Positions 26,985 to 40,353 of a stretch of 64,000 nucleotides of DNA are shown one piece after another. The notes beneath the pieces were generated by a model. It ran no database searches, had not been told where the DNA came from, and saw nothing but the letters and a program-made list of their open reading frames with translations. Location of the stretch: the NCBI GenBank assembly GCA_951406725.2, contig OX597832.1, positions 41,478,001 to 41,542,000 of the forward strand, read 5' to 3'. A program made the translations under genes and the position numbers. The DNA comes from Octopus vulgaris (taxonomy: Eukaryota). Every line of letters begins with the position of its first letter. Position 1 is the stretch's first letter.

Positions 26985-27921
26985 CATACATCATATACAT
27001 ACATACATATATATACATACATACATATGAATATTGGATTCGTGGTTCCGTGTGTGAGTGTTGTGTGTGTATTTGTACACATATTCTGATGTCTGCCAAT
27101 AGTCGAAAAGACCAAACAGACAATAGCTTTTCACCAGATGCCCTCACAGTGCAGAGAACAACCAGAGCATGCAGTCAGCCATACAACAACAGTCAAAGAC
27201 GGAACTGGTCCCAACACCACCACCACCACTACTACAACGTACATTCACAAAGTCACAAGCTGGAATCAATTTGATATTCTTTGCTCTTGTTGATTAATTA
27301 ACCCAGCTCAGCATTGATTGATTTCTGACCAACAGTATTCCGGCTGTGATTATCCTATCTTTTCAAGACATCGTCTATCGTCCTTTTTTAAGACAATAAT
27401 GAATTAATGATGATTTGGCTGTGATTTCAAGCAGATCGAAAAACCATGTTGAATTCCACTTGTAAGTTTGATATATAATTTTATAACAGAATAAATAAGA
27501 CACTTGAATACATTCTCAGTGTATTGTTTCTTGACAAAATATGTCTTATTTTGCCAAATGAAAATGACCAGGTTTCCCCAATTTTTGTTTAGCCCTGAGT
27601 TATCTCCCCAGATACTTTTCATAGTCTTTTCGACTAATATACATCTCTGCATAAAAATGCTGTGCTTTGTTTTCATTCTCATAATAATATTTACTTTACT
27701 TCTACTGTCATACAACATCAGGCTGTGGTCCCTATATCCCAACTGTCATACATTACACTATGGGTCCTCTACCTCATACAATAAGCACACAGTGGTCCCC
27801 TATCTTCACTGCCGTACAGCATCACACTGTGGCTCCTCTACCTTCACTGTTATACAACAATCACACCAGCTGATGTAGGCCAGCTTTCACTGCCATACAT
27901 CACATTGTTTTCTGACAGAAA

Positions 27922-28155
27922 GGCGACGAGCTGGCAGAATCGTGAGCACACCAAGCGAAAGGCTTAGCAGTATTTCGTCTGTCTTTACGTTCTGAGTTCA
28001 AATTCCGTCGAGGTCGACTTAGCCTTTCATCCTTTCGGGGTCGATAAATTAAGTACCAGTTACACACTGGGGTTGATGTAATTGACTTAATCCCTTTGTC
28101 TGTCCTTGTTTGTTCCCTCTATGTTTAGCCCCTTGTGGGCAATAAAGAAATAAGA
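27922..28155 (+). mobile_element. SINE family C (gagctggcagaa...gttcaaattcc...gcctttcatcctttcggggtcgataaa)
   Basis: Near-identical copies at about 32503-32716 and 56378-56606, plus many decayed ones. Confidence 0.8.
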
Positions 28156-28736
28156 AATCATCTTGGTTAAAAGTTTTCCAGTAACTAATGACATTAGTTG
28201 TTTGGCATTAGCCCAAGGTTAGCCTTGATCAAAAACCATCCAGCTGTGACCCTCTTGTCGTTTTTGTATAGCTAAAACTACATTTGTTCAATGTATCCTT
28301 TATTTAAGATTATAGGATGTGAGTGCATAGAAATTGGCTGCTTTTTCTAGCAGATGTTCTTATTTGTTTCTAGGCTTTTCTGAGCACAGCAGTGAGTGAT
28401 TCTGTGAAACAGAAGTTAGCTGTTAGTAATAATTTATCAATTAATTAATTTCATGATGTGTGATTAGTAACATGCATATTGTCTTGCAGGTCACAAATCA
28501 AGACCAAAAATGTAACGTCTGTTCTGTAGCCGTAGCATATTAATAACATAAACAAGACCAAATGAAACAACAGGCAAAGTCAGCCACATTGAATGAACTG
28601 AAAATCAAGACCAGGGGAAGAAACTAATAGGTCAAAACATCAAAATGACTTGGTCATCAAAAATCCACATTTTACAGAAAATATTATACTGTATGTACTC
28701 TTTGGGAAGCTAAGGCCTTCTTTTGTTATAAATAGG

Positions 28737-29270
28737 TTAACCTTTTCGTTACCAAACTTCTGTTGGCAAATACTGCTTTTTTTCGATTAATTTTGAAAAT
28801 AACAAAGAATTCAGTAAAACAACTTTGGTGTTACTAAACTGGTGTTTGGAACATAACATGAAAGTTTGGTGGAAGTTTTAATTTAGGTCACTTTAACCCC
28901 TTACCCAACAATTATTTTGAAAATAAATGTATTTTTTCAGACATATTTTTTAATTGTTTTATTTTACTATGTTTTGAATGGTGATTTCGAGGTATATTTC
29001 AAACCTTATTTATTATGAATTTTAATTCAATAATATTGATTTTAAATTACCGCTTTGGGCAGAAATGAGTTAACCCGTTTTTGGACGAAGGAACTCGTTT
29101 GCTGTCGATTTTGGTGAGTCTATCTTTTGACGAGTTAACTCGCCAGAGATAGAAAAAAACGATTTCGGTCAAAACGCATATATTCGTTTCTGCCGGGTAA
29201 GGGGTTAAAACGACATGAAATTTGTCTCAGAGAACCAGAAGTGGTCACAGGCAGGTTGGCATCCAAAGAC
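28737..29270. mobile_element. Nested piggyBac-like MITEs (inner element 28893-29208)
   Basis: Inner ttaaccccttaccc...gggtaaggggttaa. The outer flanks join into the 62273-62500 family. Confidence 0.7.
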
Positions 29271-29560
29271 TTTTTGTAGTTGTTTGCTCAGAGTTTGGAA
29301 AAGGTCATACCAATTCTTAATAAAGATTCCTTAGATGATTCATGCAAAATATGACAACTTGCAGAAAATTTGAAATCTTATGTTAGTTGAGGTAAAACAG
29401 ATGTAAATAGGTTAAGAAGAACAACAACAACAAAGCAGATTGGGAAAGACTAAGAAAAGAAGAAACACCAAGATGGACGATTGCTTCCAAAATCAGCCAA
29501 GGAGCATAGAACCTCATAGGAGAATGAGTCAAAGACAAAAAGACTTTGGTGAGTACTTAC

Positions 29561-29744
29561 ATAACCATATGATCTTCCTCATAGTACCGATAGGTTGTGG
29601 TAGGATCTGGACATTTAGTGGCAGTACCGTTGGAAGTGTTCATTAATGGTGTCTTGTGTTCAGAAGGGGTCAAATGTGTCGGTGATCCACACTGTCTGTA
29701 CTTAAAGAGAACCATAATGGTGGCACTGGTCAGCAGACAGGCAC
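29561..29744 (-). CDS. SLC16/MCT transporter coding exon 5 (GACLLTSATIMVLFKYRQC...EEDHMV; TM12 and tail)
   Basis: tttttttgtccttag acceptor, AT|GTAAGT donor, phase 1-2. Open frame; a hydrophobic helix followed by a polar tail. Confidence 0.82.
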
Positions 29745-29799
29745 CTAAGGACAAAAAAAAATATATGCAACAATTATTTCAGCTGTTTTGTGATTATAT

Positions 29800-30122
29800 A
29801 TAGATAAAAAGCACCATCCGAATCGTGGCCGAAGCCAGTGCCGCCTCGACTGGCTTCCGTGCAGGTGGCACGTAAAATGCACCAATCCCACCACGGCCGA
29901 TGCCAGCCTCGCCTGGCTCCAGTGCTCCTCGCCTGGCACGTAAAAAGCACCCACTACACTCACGGAGTGGTTGGCATTAGGAAGGGCATCCAGCTGTAGA
30001 AACATTGCCAGATAAGACCGGAGACTGGTGCAGCCTCCTGGCTTCCCAGATCCCTGGTCGAACCGTCCAACCCATGCTAGCATGGAGAACGGACGTTAAA
30101 CGATGATGATGATGATGATGAT
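29800..30122 (+). mobile_element. SINE-like family D with internal ggcacgtaaaaagcacc repeats and a (GAT)n tail
   Basis: Copies at about 16652-16970 (-), 39303-39740 (-), 52720-53050 (+), 55365-55570 (+) and 63176-63337 (-). Confidence 0.8.
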
Positions 30123-31797
30123 GGATCAATAATTTGATAGAAATTGTCTAGTTTTTATCAGAATTTGAATAATAATAATAATAAAGCTGAAGTGAAAACC
30201 AAATATATAGTGCATGTGGTTAATTAGCAAAAAATATGACCATCCCCAAATATAATTAGTCGTTTATATTTTCTCATTAACAAAGGTAAAATTTTTCTAT
30301 AACTTATATTTTTTGGTGTTCTACATCAGGCATGTCAGGTAATATCCTCGCTGCTATTCTCAGATGAAGGAAATTATTAACTGTTTGTATGCTAAGGGAG
30401 ATTACTCTTATGCGACTTCTCTTGAATTACTAAATAATGACAAAAGTTTTGGTGAGTTATGGGACATTATTTGCTCCATTTCTTTTCTTCCTTTTTTTTT
30501 TTTTCCTTAGCCCATAATTTTATGTATTTAGTTTTCTGATGATTCTTCAATTAAATACATCAACAGTAAATTAAGTCTTCATGTATCCTGACATATTCCA
30601 CATCAGCAAACATGGGACATCAATTTAAGATGCAACTTTTTTTAATCTTTCAGTTTAAGGTTCAGATTTTAATCTTACAGTTAAGTGCCTGATCTTTCCC
30701 TGGAAGATAAGTGAAGGAAATCAAAATAATTATGAGAGGTAATCTAAAGGGAGGTACAGGCACAGCTGCGTAGTTAAGAAATTTCCTTCACAACCACTCG
30801 ATTCCAGGTTCAATCCTGACGCTTTGAGCAAGTATGTTCTACCATAACCATGGGTTAACTGAAGTCTTGTTAATAAAATTCAGTCAACAGAAACTGTAGA
30901 GAAATCGATGGATTGCTCCCTTTTTAATTTTTTCATTTTGTTTGTTGCCTGGATTTAATATCAATTATCATTTGGCCTTTGGATATCTTTAACAGAGTAC
31001 ACTCTAATAAGCATTCAAATCAAGACTTTGGTTTGAGGATACCTCAATATCTTAATATAATTATAACAACAACAACAACCACAATAATAATTATTATTAT
31101 TATTGGAAACAGGTGAGAGTTGGCAACAGGAAGGGCATCCAGCTGGAGAAACAACAAATTCTGCCTGATCCATGCAAGCACGGACAGGTGGACATTAAAT
31201 GAAGATGATGATGATGATGCTTATCAAGAGAAGGAAAGGCTGTGTCTCTGAACCTTCATCTTTTGGTGGGATGAATTGATCATAAAAAACCGGGGACTTG
31301 ATCGGAATGGTTTGCAACAGAAAGAAATCCATTAAAAGCATCCAAAGATGAGGAGGTAGTGTTGCACGGATTACGTCTACCATTCCAAAACTCAGAGTGT
31401 AAAGTATCTTGGAAGGATTTGGAACTCAGAGTGTAGAAAGTCAGAACAAAAACTACACGGTATTTTATTCTGTCCTCTAATGGCACGTTAAACCGGTGGC
31501 ACGTTAAAAGCTCCAACCGATTGTGGCCGATGCCGGACCCCCCTGTCTTCCCAGACCCCGGTCGAACCGTCCAACCCGTGCTAGCGCGGAAAACGGACGT
31601 TAAACGATGATGATGATGATGAATGACTATGCCAATTAGCCAATTGTAGCCAATTCACTGCACTTCCTCTTGATATTGAGATAGAAAAAAACAAAAAATT
31701 AAATTAAATTCTCGATTACTCAGAGTAATGCTGAGAATGGATTAAAAAAAATATTGTGAAAATATAAGAAATATTTGAATAACATGAGGAAACTTAC

Positions 31798-31848
31798 CAG
31801 CTAAATAAAAGGCATATGTGTACTCATCTTCTGCTTGAATAAGTAATG
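31798..31848 (-). CDS. SLC16/MCT transporter coding exon 4 (ALLIQAEDEYTYAFYLAG)
   Basis: 51 nt, tttcag / G|GTAAGT, phase 1-1. Matches the MCT TM11-12 loop pattern (L.D...Y..AFY.AG). Confidence 0.85.
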
Positions 31849-32059
31849 CTGAAATCATAAACAAAATTGGGTTATTGCCAGAGAAGCAAAAGTTTAGTAT
31901 TTGCTTGTATGTCAGATGGTCAGTATAGTTTGTTACAAGTACAAGTAAAGAAGAATCTAGAAGTTATAAATATTTGATAGATTTTATATTCTTTTACTAG
32001 TTTCAGCCTCTGAGCTATGCGCCATGCTGGAGCACTGCTCAGTAAAAAACATTCAAATA

Positions 32060-32293
32060 CAATAGACCCTCACCATATCGCAGCTCACCTATCGTAACTC
32101 AGTACATAGTGGTTCACCTATCATGCACTCAGTACATCACAGATTTTTCTGGCTAATATATGGAAATTTATATAGCGGACTTCTCAGTATATCGTAGGTT
32201 TCTGTGGCCGACAGGTATTATATTTTTTAAGATTTTAATTATTTCTGTAGGAGGTTTTGGAATGTAACACCTGTGATAGTCAAGGGATTATTG
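32060..32293. mobile_element. pogo/Tigger-like MITE
   Basis: TA|caatagaccctcaccatatcgcag ... ctgtgatagtcaagggattattg|TA. Confidence 0.65.
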
Positions 32294-34335
32294 TATATTG
32301 ATTACAATAACATTTTTTTGACAGGTACAAGGAGAAAAGACAATGCTGGCCAAGACAGGATTTAAACTCGGAATATAAGGAAATATAACCAAACATCATA
32401 AAATATCTTATCTGATTCTGCCAACCATGCTGTGATATATCATTGTGATAAACAAGATCTCTGTAACCCCCAGGAACTCACAGAGTAGCTACAGACTCAG
32501 TAGCATTAAGCACGCCGGGCGAAATGCTTAGCAGTATTTCGTCTGCCACTACGTTCTGAGTTCAAATTCCGCCGAGGTCGACTTTGCCTTTCATCCTTTC
32601 GGGGTTGATAAATTAAGTACCAGTTACGCACTGGTGTCGATATAATCGACTTAATCCGTTTGTCTGTCCTTGTTTGTCCCCTCTGTGTTTAGCCCCTTGT
32701 GGACAGTAAAGAAATAGGTAAATGACTCTTCTTAAAGGCTAGTCTAACAGTTGCACCATTTCCATAAGATCTGGTATCTGTAGCCAAAACAAGTATGATC
32801 TGAGACATGTAGAATTCAGTTTCTTTGTCCAGATATACAGCAAGAAATACAAACCTTCAGGGGATATGAACTCTTGTTTGTTGTTGCAGTTTGTTTGTTT
32901 GTTGAGTGAAGCGGTCTTCGTCCCATTTGTTTGTAGTGGGAGATGTCCGAAACGTGGTCCTTTGCTATTCGTAAGACTCGCAGAAGACAAAGCAAGTCAA
33001 CCTCTGACACTGAGAGCATCGACGGATGGATGAATGCGCATCCAGGCTCAGTGGTTGCATAGGAAGTCGGGGACAAGAAACAGGAAGAAAGAGTGAGAGA
33101 AAGAGTACAACAGGGGTCGCCACTACCCCCTGCCGGAGCCTCGTGGAGCTTTAGGTGTTTTCGCTCAATAAATACACACACAGCGCCCGGTCTGGGAATC
33201 GAAACCGTGATCCTCCGACCGCGAGTCCGCTGTCCTAACCACTGGGCCATTGCGCTTCCACTTGCTGTTGCTGCTGTAGCTGTTTATCTTGCAAGTCGTC
33301 TTAGACCAAGAACTATGACCAAAGACATTTCAACTGCAACCATCCTGCTATTGTAGGGATGTGTAAGAATACTGTTCCATGTGAACCTCTTTAGTTGTTA
33401 TTTAGCTCTAAGTCAATCCTGATTGTGTAGAACCAAGATCTGAGGCAGGCATTCCAGCTCTGACTAATATTTTTGTTTTTGGTCACAGTGGTGGTGGTGG
33501 TAGGAATCTGCAGATCTACATTGTCTGATGTGACCTTTCCCTCATAAAGACTATAACATCTGCTTTAAAAGAGATTTAGCTACTATTTCTAGCAGCTCAA
33601 ACAATCAAATAAAGATTCCTCACCCATCCTGCCACTTTTAAGTCTACATATACTAATTTAGCTTTGTTACTAACAACATACTGTTTTATTCCATGCACTA
33701 CTTAGCACACAAAATCCTTAGAAGTTCATGAATTCAATTCCAGTCAGGGAAACAAATGCATGGGGAATGATGAAAAGAGACTAAATTGCTTGAATTGTGT
33801 TTTACTATACAACATGTGAGTGTGTACTGTATATGTATGTATGAGATGTAACAGTGTAGTCATCATTTTCCCATCAATACCATTGAAAGCTAATTCAAAA
33901 GAAGAGAGCCATGTAGTTACGATACTAAGGACTAAACTACAAATAGCAAGGTCACTGTTGTGTGACATTATGACTATAAGGTCGCAAACTGGCAGAATCA
34001 CTAGCGTGTCAGACAAAATACCTTGCCCCATTTCTACCAGTTCTTCACATTCTGAGTCTAAATTCAGCCAACATCAACATTGACTTGAATCCCTTTTAGG
34101 GTAGCTAACACTACCAGTTGAGCACTGGTGTGGATGTAATGAACTAACCACCTCTCCTTAAAATCGCTGGCCTTGTGCCAAAATCTGTAACCCTTATTAT
34201 CCTTATTTTACTTGCTTCAATCTGCCTGTTTCGAAAATAAAAAAATATCTTATTTCTCTTTAGTTTAGTTATTATTGGGAAAGGCGAAGTGTTAAACTTT
34301 TAATTACCTGGGCTAATGATTCATATACATACGTG

Positions 34336-34415
<80 letters not shown>

Positions 34416-34509
34416 TATATAAATTTAATGTAGGATAAAAATTTTTCGAACATAAATTTTATCAATGGCCAGCATATTAAAAAAATACCTTTTAAGGTTA
34501 AATTTACAA

Positions 34510-34682
34510 ACAACTTATAAACAAGGGCAAAAGAAAATAATTTCTAATGCCAAATATGCTGAAACTAGACAAGTCGTCAATAACCATATAATTCATCACT
34601 ATAAAGGAGTATGGACTATGTGTCTAGTTTCGGCATATTTGGCATTAGAAATTATTTTCTTTTGCCCTTGTTTATAAGTTGT
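34510..34682. repeat. 62-bp inverted repeat (1 mismatch, 49-nt spacer) in an insert between TA/CA tracts
   Basis: Arms 34510-34571 and 34621-34682; contains gccGAAACtagac on the minus strand. Confidence 0.88.
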
Positions 34683-35690
34683 GTGTATGTATATATATAT
34701 ATATATATATATTTATATACACACACACACACATGTGCATACATACATACATATATATTGCATATATATATACATACATGCATACATACACACACACATA
34801 TAGATATATATATTTATATATATACAAGCATACATGCATACATACATACTACATACATCAACTGCATTTACAAAGATTGATAATTAGCAACAAAAATCTT
34901 CAAAACAACGAAGAAACAGTTTTTGTTCTTCAAACAAGAAGCACAATGGCTGCGAGGTTACGGTGCTGCAAAACAGACCACATGGTCATAAGTTCAGATC
35001 TTACTACTGTCCTTTGATCAACACATCTAACTATTTATTCCACTTTACCTGCACGAATTTAAAATAAACAGGCTCCACTATTTTTACCTCATGAGCATGT
35101 AATCAGAGATAATTAAGAAGGACATCAAGGTGTAAAGCAATTACTCTAAAAAACCCATTCTAATCATGTAATCATGAAATAAAATCAATACAAAATAAAG
35201 ACAACAAGAAGCTTGTATGTATCAAGTATTTAAGGTCTGTACCATATTGTATGGCATTATTACAGTTAATAAGACAATACATAAAAATAAAAAAAACTGT
35301 CATCAATAATATTTTCATTAAAATTTAATTATACTCTCATGAAAATTAATTAAATTTTTATAAAAATATTTTTTCAATGGTGAACTATATTTTCATGAAA
35401 CAATTGCATTCTTATAATGAATCATAATCTAAAATAAAATGATTTGTATTTTCATAAAAATAAGTTATAGTTTAAAAAAAATATTTTTATAAAAATGAAA
35501 TCATTTTTGCAAAATGAATATTTTCATAAATGAGGATTACATTTTCATTAAAAAAAATCAATTATACAGTGTTCAAAAATACTAATTTGAGAATGAAGTA
35601 ATTGCTCAGCTTCAGGTCAATCCTAATACGGCCAATCTATTATAAAAGATGCTTCAACTCTGACCATCTGGTCCAAGGATTCAGATAGTC

Positions 35691-35911
35691 TACGACAAAG
35701 TGCTGAAAAGTTTCTAGCTTTGGGTAAAAAAAAATACAGGAGGATCAGTTAGTTATGATTTTATTCAACATATTCTCCTCTCAGATTCACGTACTTATTG
35801 CAGTAGTCCTTCAGTTTTTCTAAGCCCTGTAAAAAAACTCAGGAGGTTGGGCTTCCAACCAGGCCTTTCGCAATACCCTTAAAGCCAGGAACTTTCCAGC
35901 ACTCCCTCGTA
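35691..35911. mobile_element. Mariner-like MITE with TA ends
   Basis: tacgacaaagtgctgaaaagtttctagcttt / aaagccaggaactttccagcactccctcgta; a related copy at 13974-14197. Confidence 0.75.
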
Positions 35912-36638
35912 TCTAGTATTATATTATCCAATGTAACCTTACTTTTGTAAGATTTTAGGGCTTCAGCTGTGAGAGATTCAACTGCCATTTCTAGCAAGTT
36001 AAGTGATCATGTAAAGCAGTGGTACCAACTTTTTCTATGTCCCACACTCCAAGGAAATGCTTGACTAATTTCTGTACACAAAAGCAATATCACATTTCAA
36101 AATGTAAAAAGTAAATTTTGAAATAAATAAATTTTTTTTTCAATTGAACCACCACATACAATAGTGTGGAAAAATAAAGTTCATGGTAAATTTTAAGGAA
36201 TAAGTTAATAATTTTATTTTTTATTCACATTGTTTTGAATTAATCATGCATTATTTTATAGCTTCAAGATTTCAATGATGTGATTATTTAGGGGCCTGAG
36301 ATGGCATTGACTCCACAAGTCAAACTCCACACTGCTGGTAATGAGGGTTCTGTACTTTAAAGATCTATACTAAACTCTAATATTCTGTATTATATTCTGG
36401 TGCTCTGAACTCTGTTTTATGATACTTTGCCATTCTAAGACTAATCTAAGGATTAAACAAGAAGAATGTTGTCTGTGTATAGCTGAGCAAAAATACTCTG
36501 TTCTAAATAAAATATAAAAAAACAATTGCTTATATTCAATTTTATCTTGTTAACACCTTTTCCTCAGACTGAGGTGGGTGTAGGGATAATGGAGTGAGGT
36601 TAGTAAAATTAATGTTTAGTTTGAACTAATAATAATAG

Positions 36639-37016
36639 GAGCACTCTGTCGGTTGCGACGATGAGGGTCCCAGCTGATATGATCAACGGAACAGCTTGCT
36701 CGTGATATTAACGTGCAAGTGGCTGAGCACTCCACAGACACGTGTACCCTTAACGTAGTTCTCGAGGAGATTCAGCGTGACACACAGAATGTGACAAGGC
36801 TGGCCCTTTGAAATACAGGTACAAGAGAAACAGGAAGAAAGAGCGAGAGAAAGTTGTGGTGAAAGAGTACAGCAGGGTTCACCACCACCCCCTGCCGGAG
36901 CCTCGTGGAGCTTTAGGTGTTTTCGCTCAATAAACACAATGCCCGGTCTGGGAATCGAAACCGCGATCCTCCGACCACGAGTCCGCTGCCCTAACCACTG
37001 GGCCATTGCGCCTCCT
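36639..37016 (-). mobile_element. tRNA-derived SINE, family B
   Basis: Head ggaggcgcaatggcccagtggttagggcagcggactc...gtttcgattccc; same head at about 33258 (-) and 54228 (+). Confidence 0.85.
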
Positions 37017-37409
37017 CAGTTTGAACTATTGTAGATCTGAAATTGCTAGTAAAGTATACATGGGAAGAGAGTGCTGGAGGGTGTTAATATTGGGAAACAC
37101 AAATAGAGTAAATAAATGTTTAGAATGAAATCTTGAGCGGTGAAATAGTAGAGGTGGTGGTGGACAGAGTGGTAGCTAAGTGTCCTGACTAATATCAAGT
37201 AGACAAAGTATGTATATGTGTATAGAGGAGCAGAGAACACTGTAGTAGCAGTAGCAAGGACGGACAGAGAAGACATAGCTTGGAACAGTGATTGTAGGGT
37301 GAACACTGAATGAAGGCTTGCTTGTCAGTCACTTAGCTTTTTCTTGTATGTAGCTAAAAATTCACATGTGTATGTAGTAGGCCAAGTGTTTTAAAAATTT
37401 AATTCCTGT

Positions 37410-37628
37410 TTAACCCTTTAGCATCTAAACCGGCCAAAAGTATTCTGCCTATTTTATGTTCAAACTGGCCAGATCTGGTCTCTCACACCAACCCTACAAT
37501 ATCATTTTAAAAATGAACAGCTACCTCATCAAAATCTCATAGCTACAAGATAATGCATGATTAGTTCAAAACAATGTGGATAAAAAAGGATTAATTTTGG
37601 CAGAATAATGTGAACACTAAAGGGTTAA
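37410..37628. mobile_element. piggyBac-like MITE, same family as 235-462
   Basis: ttaaccctttagc...cactaaagggttaa. Confidence 0.75.
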
Positions 37629-37754
37629 TATTAAAGTGCAGCACCTTAGGTAAGCGATAAAACTGTTGAAGTACAAAGATATCAGAAATGGTAGCAATAA
37701 AATCGCATGTAACCCAAATCAAAGTAGTGATAAGGAAGAATTTCTAGGAACATA

Positions 37755-38155
37755 GGCGTAGGAGTGGCTGTGTGGTAAGTAGCTTGTTTACGAACAACAT
37801 GGTTCCAGGTTCAGTCCCACTGCATGGCACCTTGGGCAAGTGTCTTCTACTATAGCCTGAGGCTGACCAAAGCCTTGTGAGTGGATTTGGTTGACGGAAA
37901 CTGAAAGAAGCCCATCATATGTATGTATGTATGTAATCAGTCCCACTGCGTGGCACCTTGGGCAAGTGTCTTCTACTATAGCCTCGGGCTGACCAAAGCC
38001 TTGTGAGTGGATTTGGTAGATGGAAACTGAAAGAAGCCCATCATATGTATGTATGTATGTATGTATTCAGTCGCACTGCATGGCACCTTGGGCAAGTGTC
38101 TTCTACTATAGCCTCAGGCCGACCAAAGCCTTGTGAGTGGATTTGGTAGATGGAA
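37755..38155 (+). mobile_element. Family A SINE head followed by three tandem ~126-130-bp units
   Basis: cagtcccactgc..ggcaccttgggcaagtgtc...ggatttgg..ga.ggaa three times, separated by (ATGT)n. Confidence 0.85.
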
Positions 38156-38159
38156 TTTG

Positions 38160-38660
38160 CTCAACCATGTCCCACGGTAATGGCTACAAATAGCATTACT
38201 GCAGAGAATAGCCAGCAACACTCACTGCAGCAGCCACTCCACCTTGTGGGTTTCATTTCTCCAAATGGGCTTCCATTATCCCTATTTTGCAGAAGAAATC
38301 AGTAGTACAGGTTCCTAAAACACCTGCCATCTCAAGGCAACTAGCACAAACTGATAGTGGCTGGTCAGGTCCCTGTATTTATTGACTTCCCTCTGCTTCA
38401 TGTTATGGACAGTGACACCCATGTTTGCAACCAATGTTGCAAGGTTGGAACTGGAGAACATGTCACTGCATGTCGTGTCCTGGAGTAGAGATCTGCTTCC
38501 CTCGAATGGGAAGAGGGTTATTCCATCGGGGCACTTACCATCCCCACTGTTGAGACCTGCTGGCTCAAGCTGAGATGGAAAGCCAGCCACATCAAGGCCC
38601 CTTCTCATTATGTCATTCAGAGCAGCATGTCGGGGAATTAGTCCACACTAAGGCTGAGGG
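38160..38660 (-). mobile_element. Decayed non-LTR retrotransposon with a restriction-enzyme-like endonuclease (CRE/NeSL-like)
   Basis: RHAALND, LEPAGL..GDGKCPDGITLFPF.G..LL.D.TCSD, K..KYRDL..YQFV.VA: the PD-(D/E)xK region. Confidence 0.75.
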
Positions 38661-39960
38661 ATGATTGTAACATAAGAAGTTAAAATTTCACACATCCTAA
38701 TTTAAATTGTGCTTGCACTGAAATAATCAAACCAGATTTAAGGGCTTCTATAAAGGAGGTCCTTGTAGAAGAAATTCTGTATTTAAGGATAAGATGTTAG
38801 TAAATTATATGAATTTGTATTTTATATTTAATCTCTATTCTATGAGATAGAGTTTCTTTTAGAAAATTTTGTAAGGATACTCTTTATAATACTTCACAAT
38901 ATAATTTTAATCACATCTAATGTAATCTTTCATGTTACATTCACTTAAATTTTATATTTAAACAATGCTTTAATCTTGAAAAAAGGAGATTAATTGAAGA
39001 GATTAAAAAGAAAGGTTATTTGTAGCTAATTGAGTTTATTTCTTTTAAAATGCTCTTTTATTAAATTGCTTTAGATGTTCAATCTTTGTTTAATTTTGCT
39101 GTACTTCACACTTCTGATCTGACAAACAAAGACGTTTCTGATGTTTTAAATAGTATTTTGATAGCTTATTTCTTTCAGCCTTTTGATAAAAATAGTCTTT
39201 TCTTTTAATTATGTAAGTTTTGTTTAATTCCTTGTATGTTGTTAAAAAGTAGCCACATGGGTAATTCACACTGGCTAAGATGTTGTGCACTTTCAATCAA
39301 TCATTATCATCATCATTTAACGTCCGCTTTCCATGCTAGCATGGGTTGGACGATTTTGACTGAGGGCTGGCGAACCAGATGGCTGTACCAGGCTCCAATC
39401 TTGATCTGGCAGAGTTTCTACAGTTGGATGCCCTTCCTAACGTCAACTACTCCGAGAGTGTAGTGGGTGCTTTTTACGTACCACTGGCACAGGTGCCAGT
39501 GAAGTGACGTTGGTAACGATCACGCTCGAATGGTTCCCCTTTACGTGCCACAGGTACGGAGCCAGTTGGCTGCTGTGGCAACGATCACGCTCGGATGGTG
39601 CTCTTGGCACCCTACTAGCACAGGCATAAGTGCCAGTAAGGTGACGCTGGTAACGTTCATACTTGAATAGCCGCTCTATCAATGATCAGACTCGTATGGT
39701 GCTCTTTGCACTCTGCTAGCACGGATGCCAGTCATCGAATCAATATAAGAAATAAATCATCCACATAACTTTAAAGTTCACTTTGCCATACTTGCATGGG
39801 TCAGATGGAATTTAATGAGGCAGATTTTCAATGGATGGATGTACTTCCTGTCATCAACCCTTACTTGTTTCAAAACAAGATAATATTTCCCCAAGAAAAG
39901 ACATATTTTCACAGTACATTGGAAATGAATGATATTCATTTACAACCAACATGTGATATC

Positions 39961-40353
39961 TCTCTTTAACTCTCTTTTACTTGTTTCAGTCATTTGACTG
40001 CAGCCATGCTGGAGCACCGTCTTTAGTCGAGCAGATCGACCCTGGGACTTATTCTTTGTAAGCCCAGTACTTATTCTATCGGTCTCTTTTGCCGAAACGC
40101 TAAGTGACGGGGACATAAACACACCAGCATCGGTTGTCAAGCAATGCTAGGGAGACAAACACAGACACACAAACATACACACACATACATATATATACGA
40201 CAGGCTTCTTTCAGTTTCCGTCTACCAAATCCACTCACAAGGCATTGGTCAGCCCGGGGCTATAGCAGAAGACACTTGCCCAAGATGCTATGCAGTGGGA
40301 CTGACCCAGAACCATGTGGTTGGTAAGCAAGCTACTTACCACACAGCCACTCC
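39961..40353 (-). mobile_element. tRNA-derived SINE, family A
   Basis: Reverse-complement match to 49993-50414; other copies at 60800-61216, 48965-49275 and 3412-3650. Confidence 0.85.

Noticed and set aside
36945-37016. tRNA gene (also at about 33190-33258, 54228-54300 and 49993-50060)
   Set aside because: These are tRNA-like SINE heads without a properly paired acceptor stem, and they continue into repeat bodies.
39470-39740. CRISPR-like repeat/spacer pattern in family D elements
   Set aside because: Degenerate internal tandem units of a eukaryotic repeat; the spacers are related to each other and there are no cas genes.
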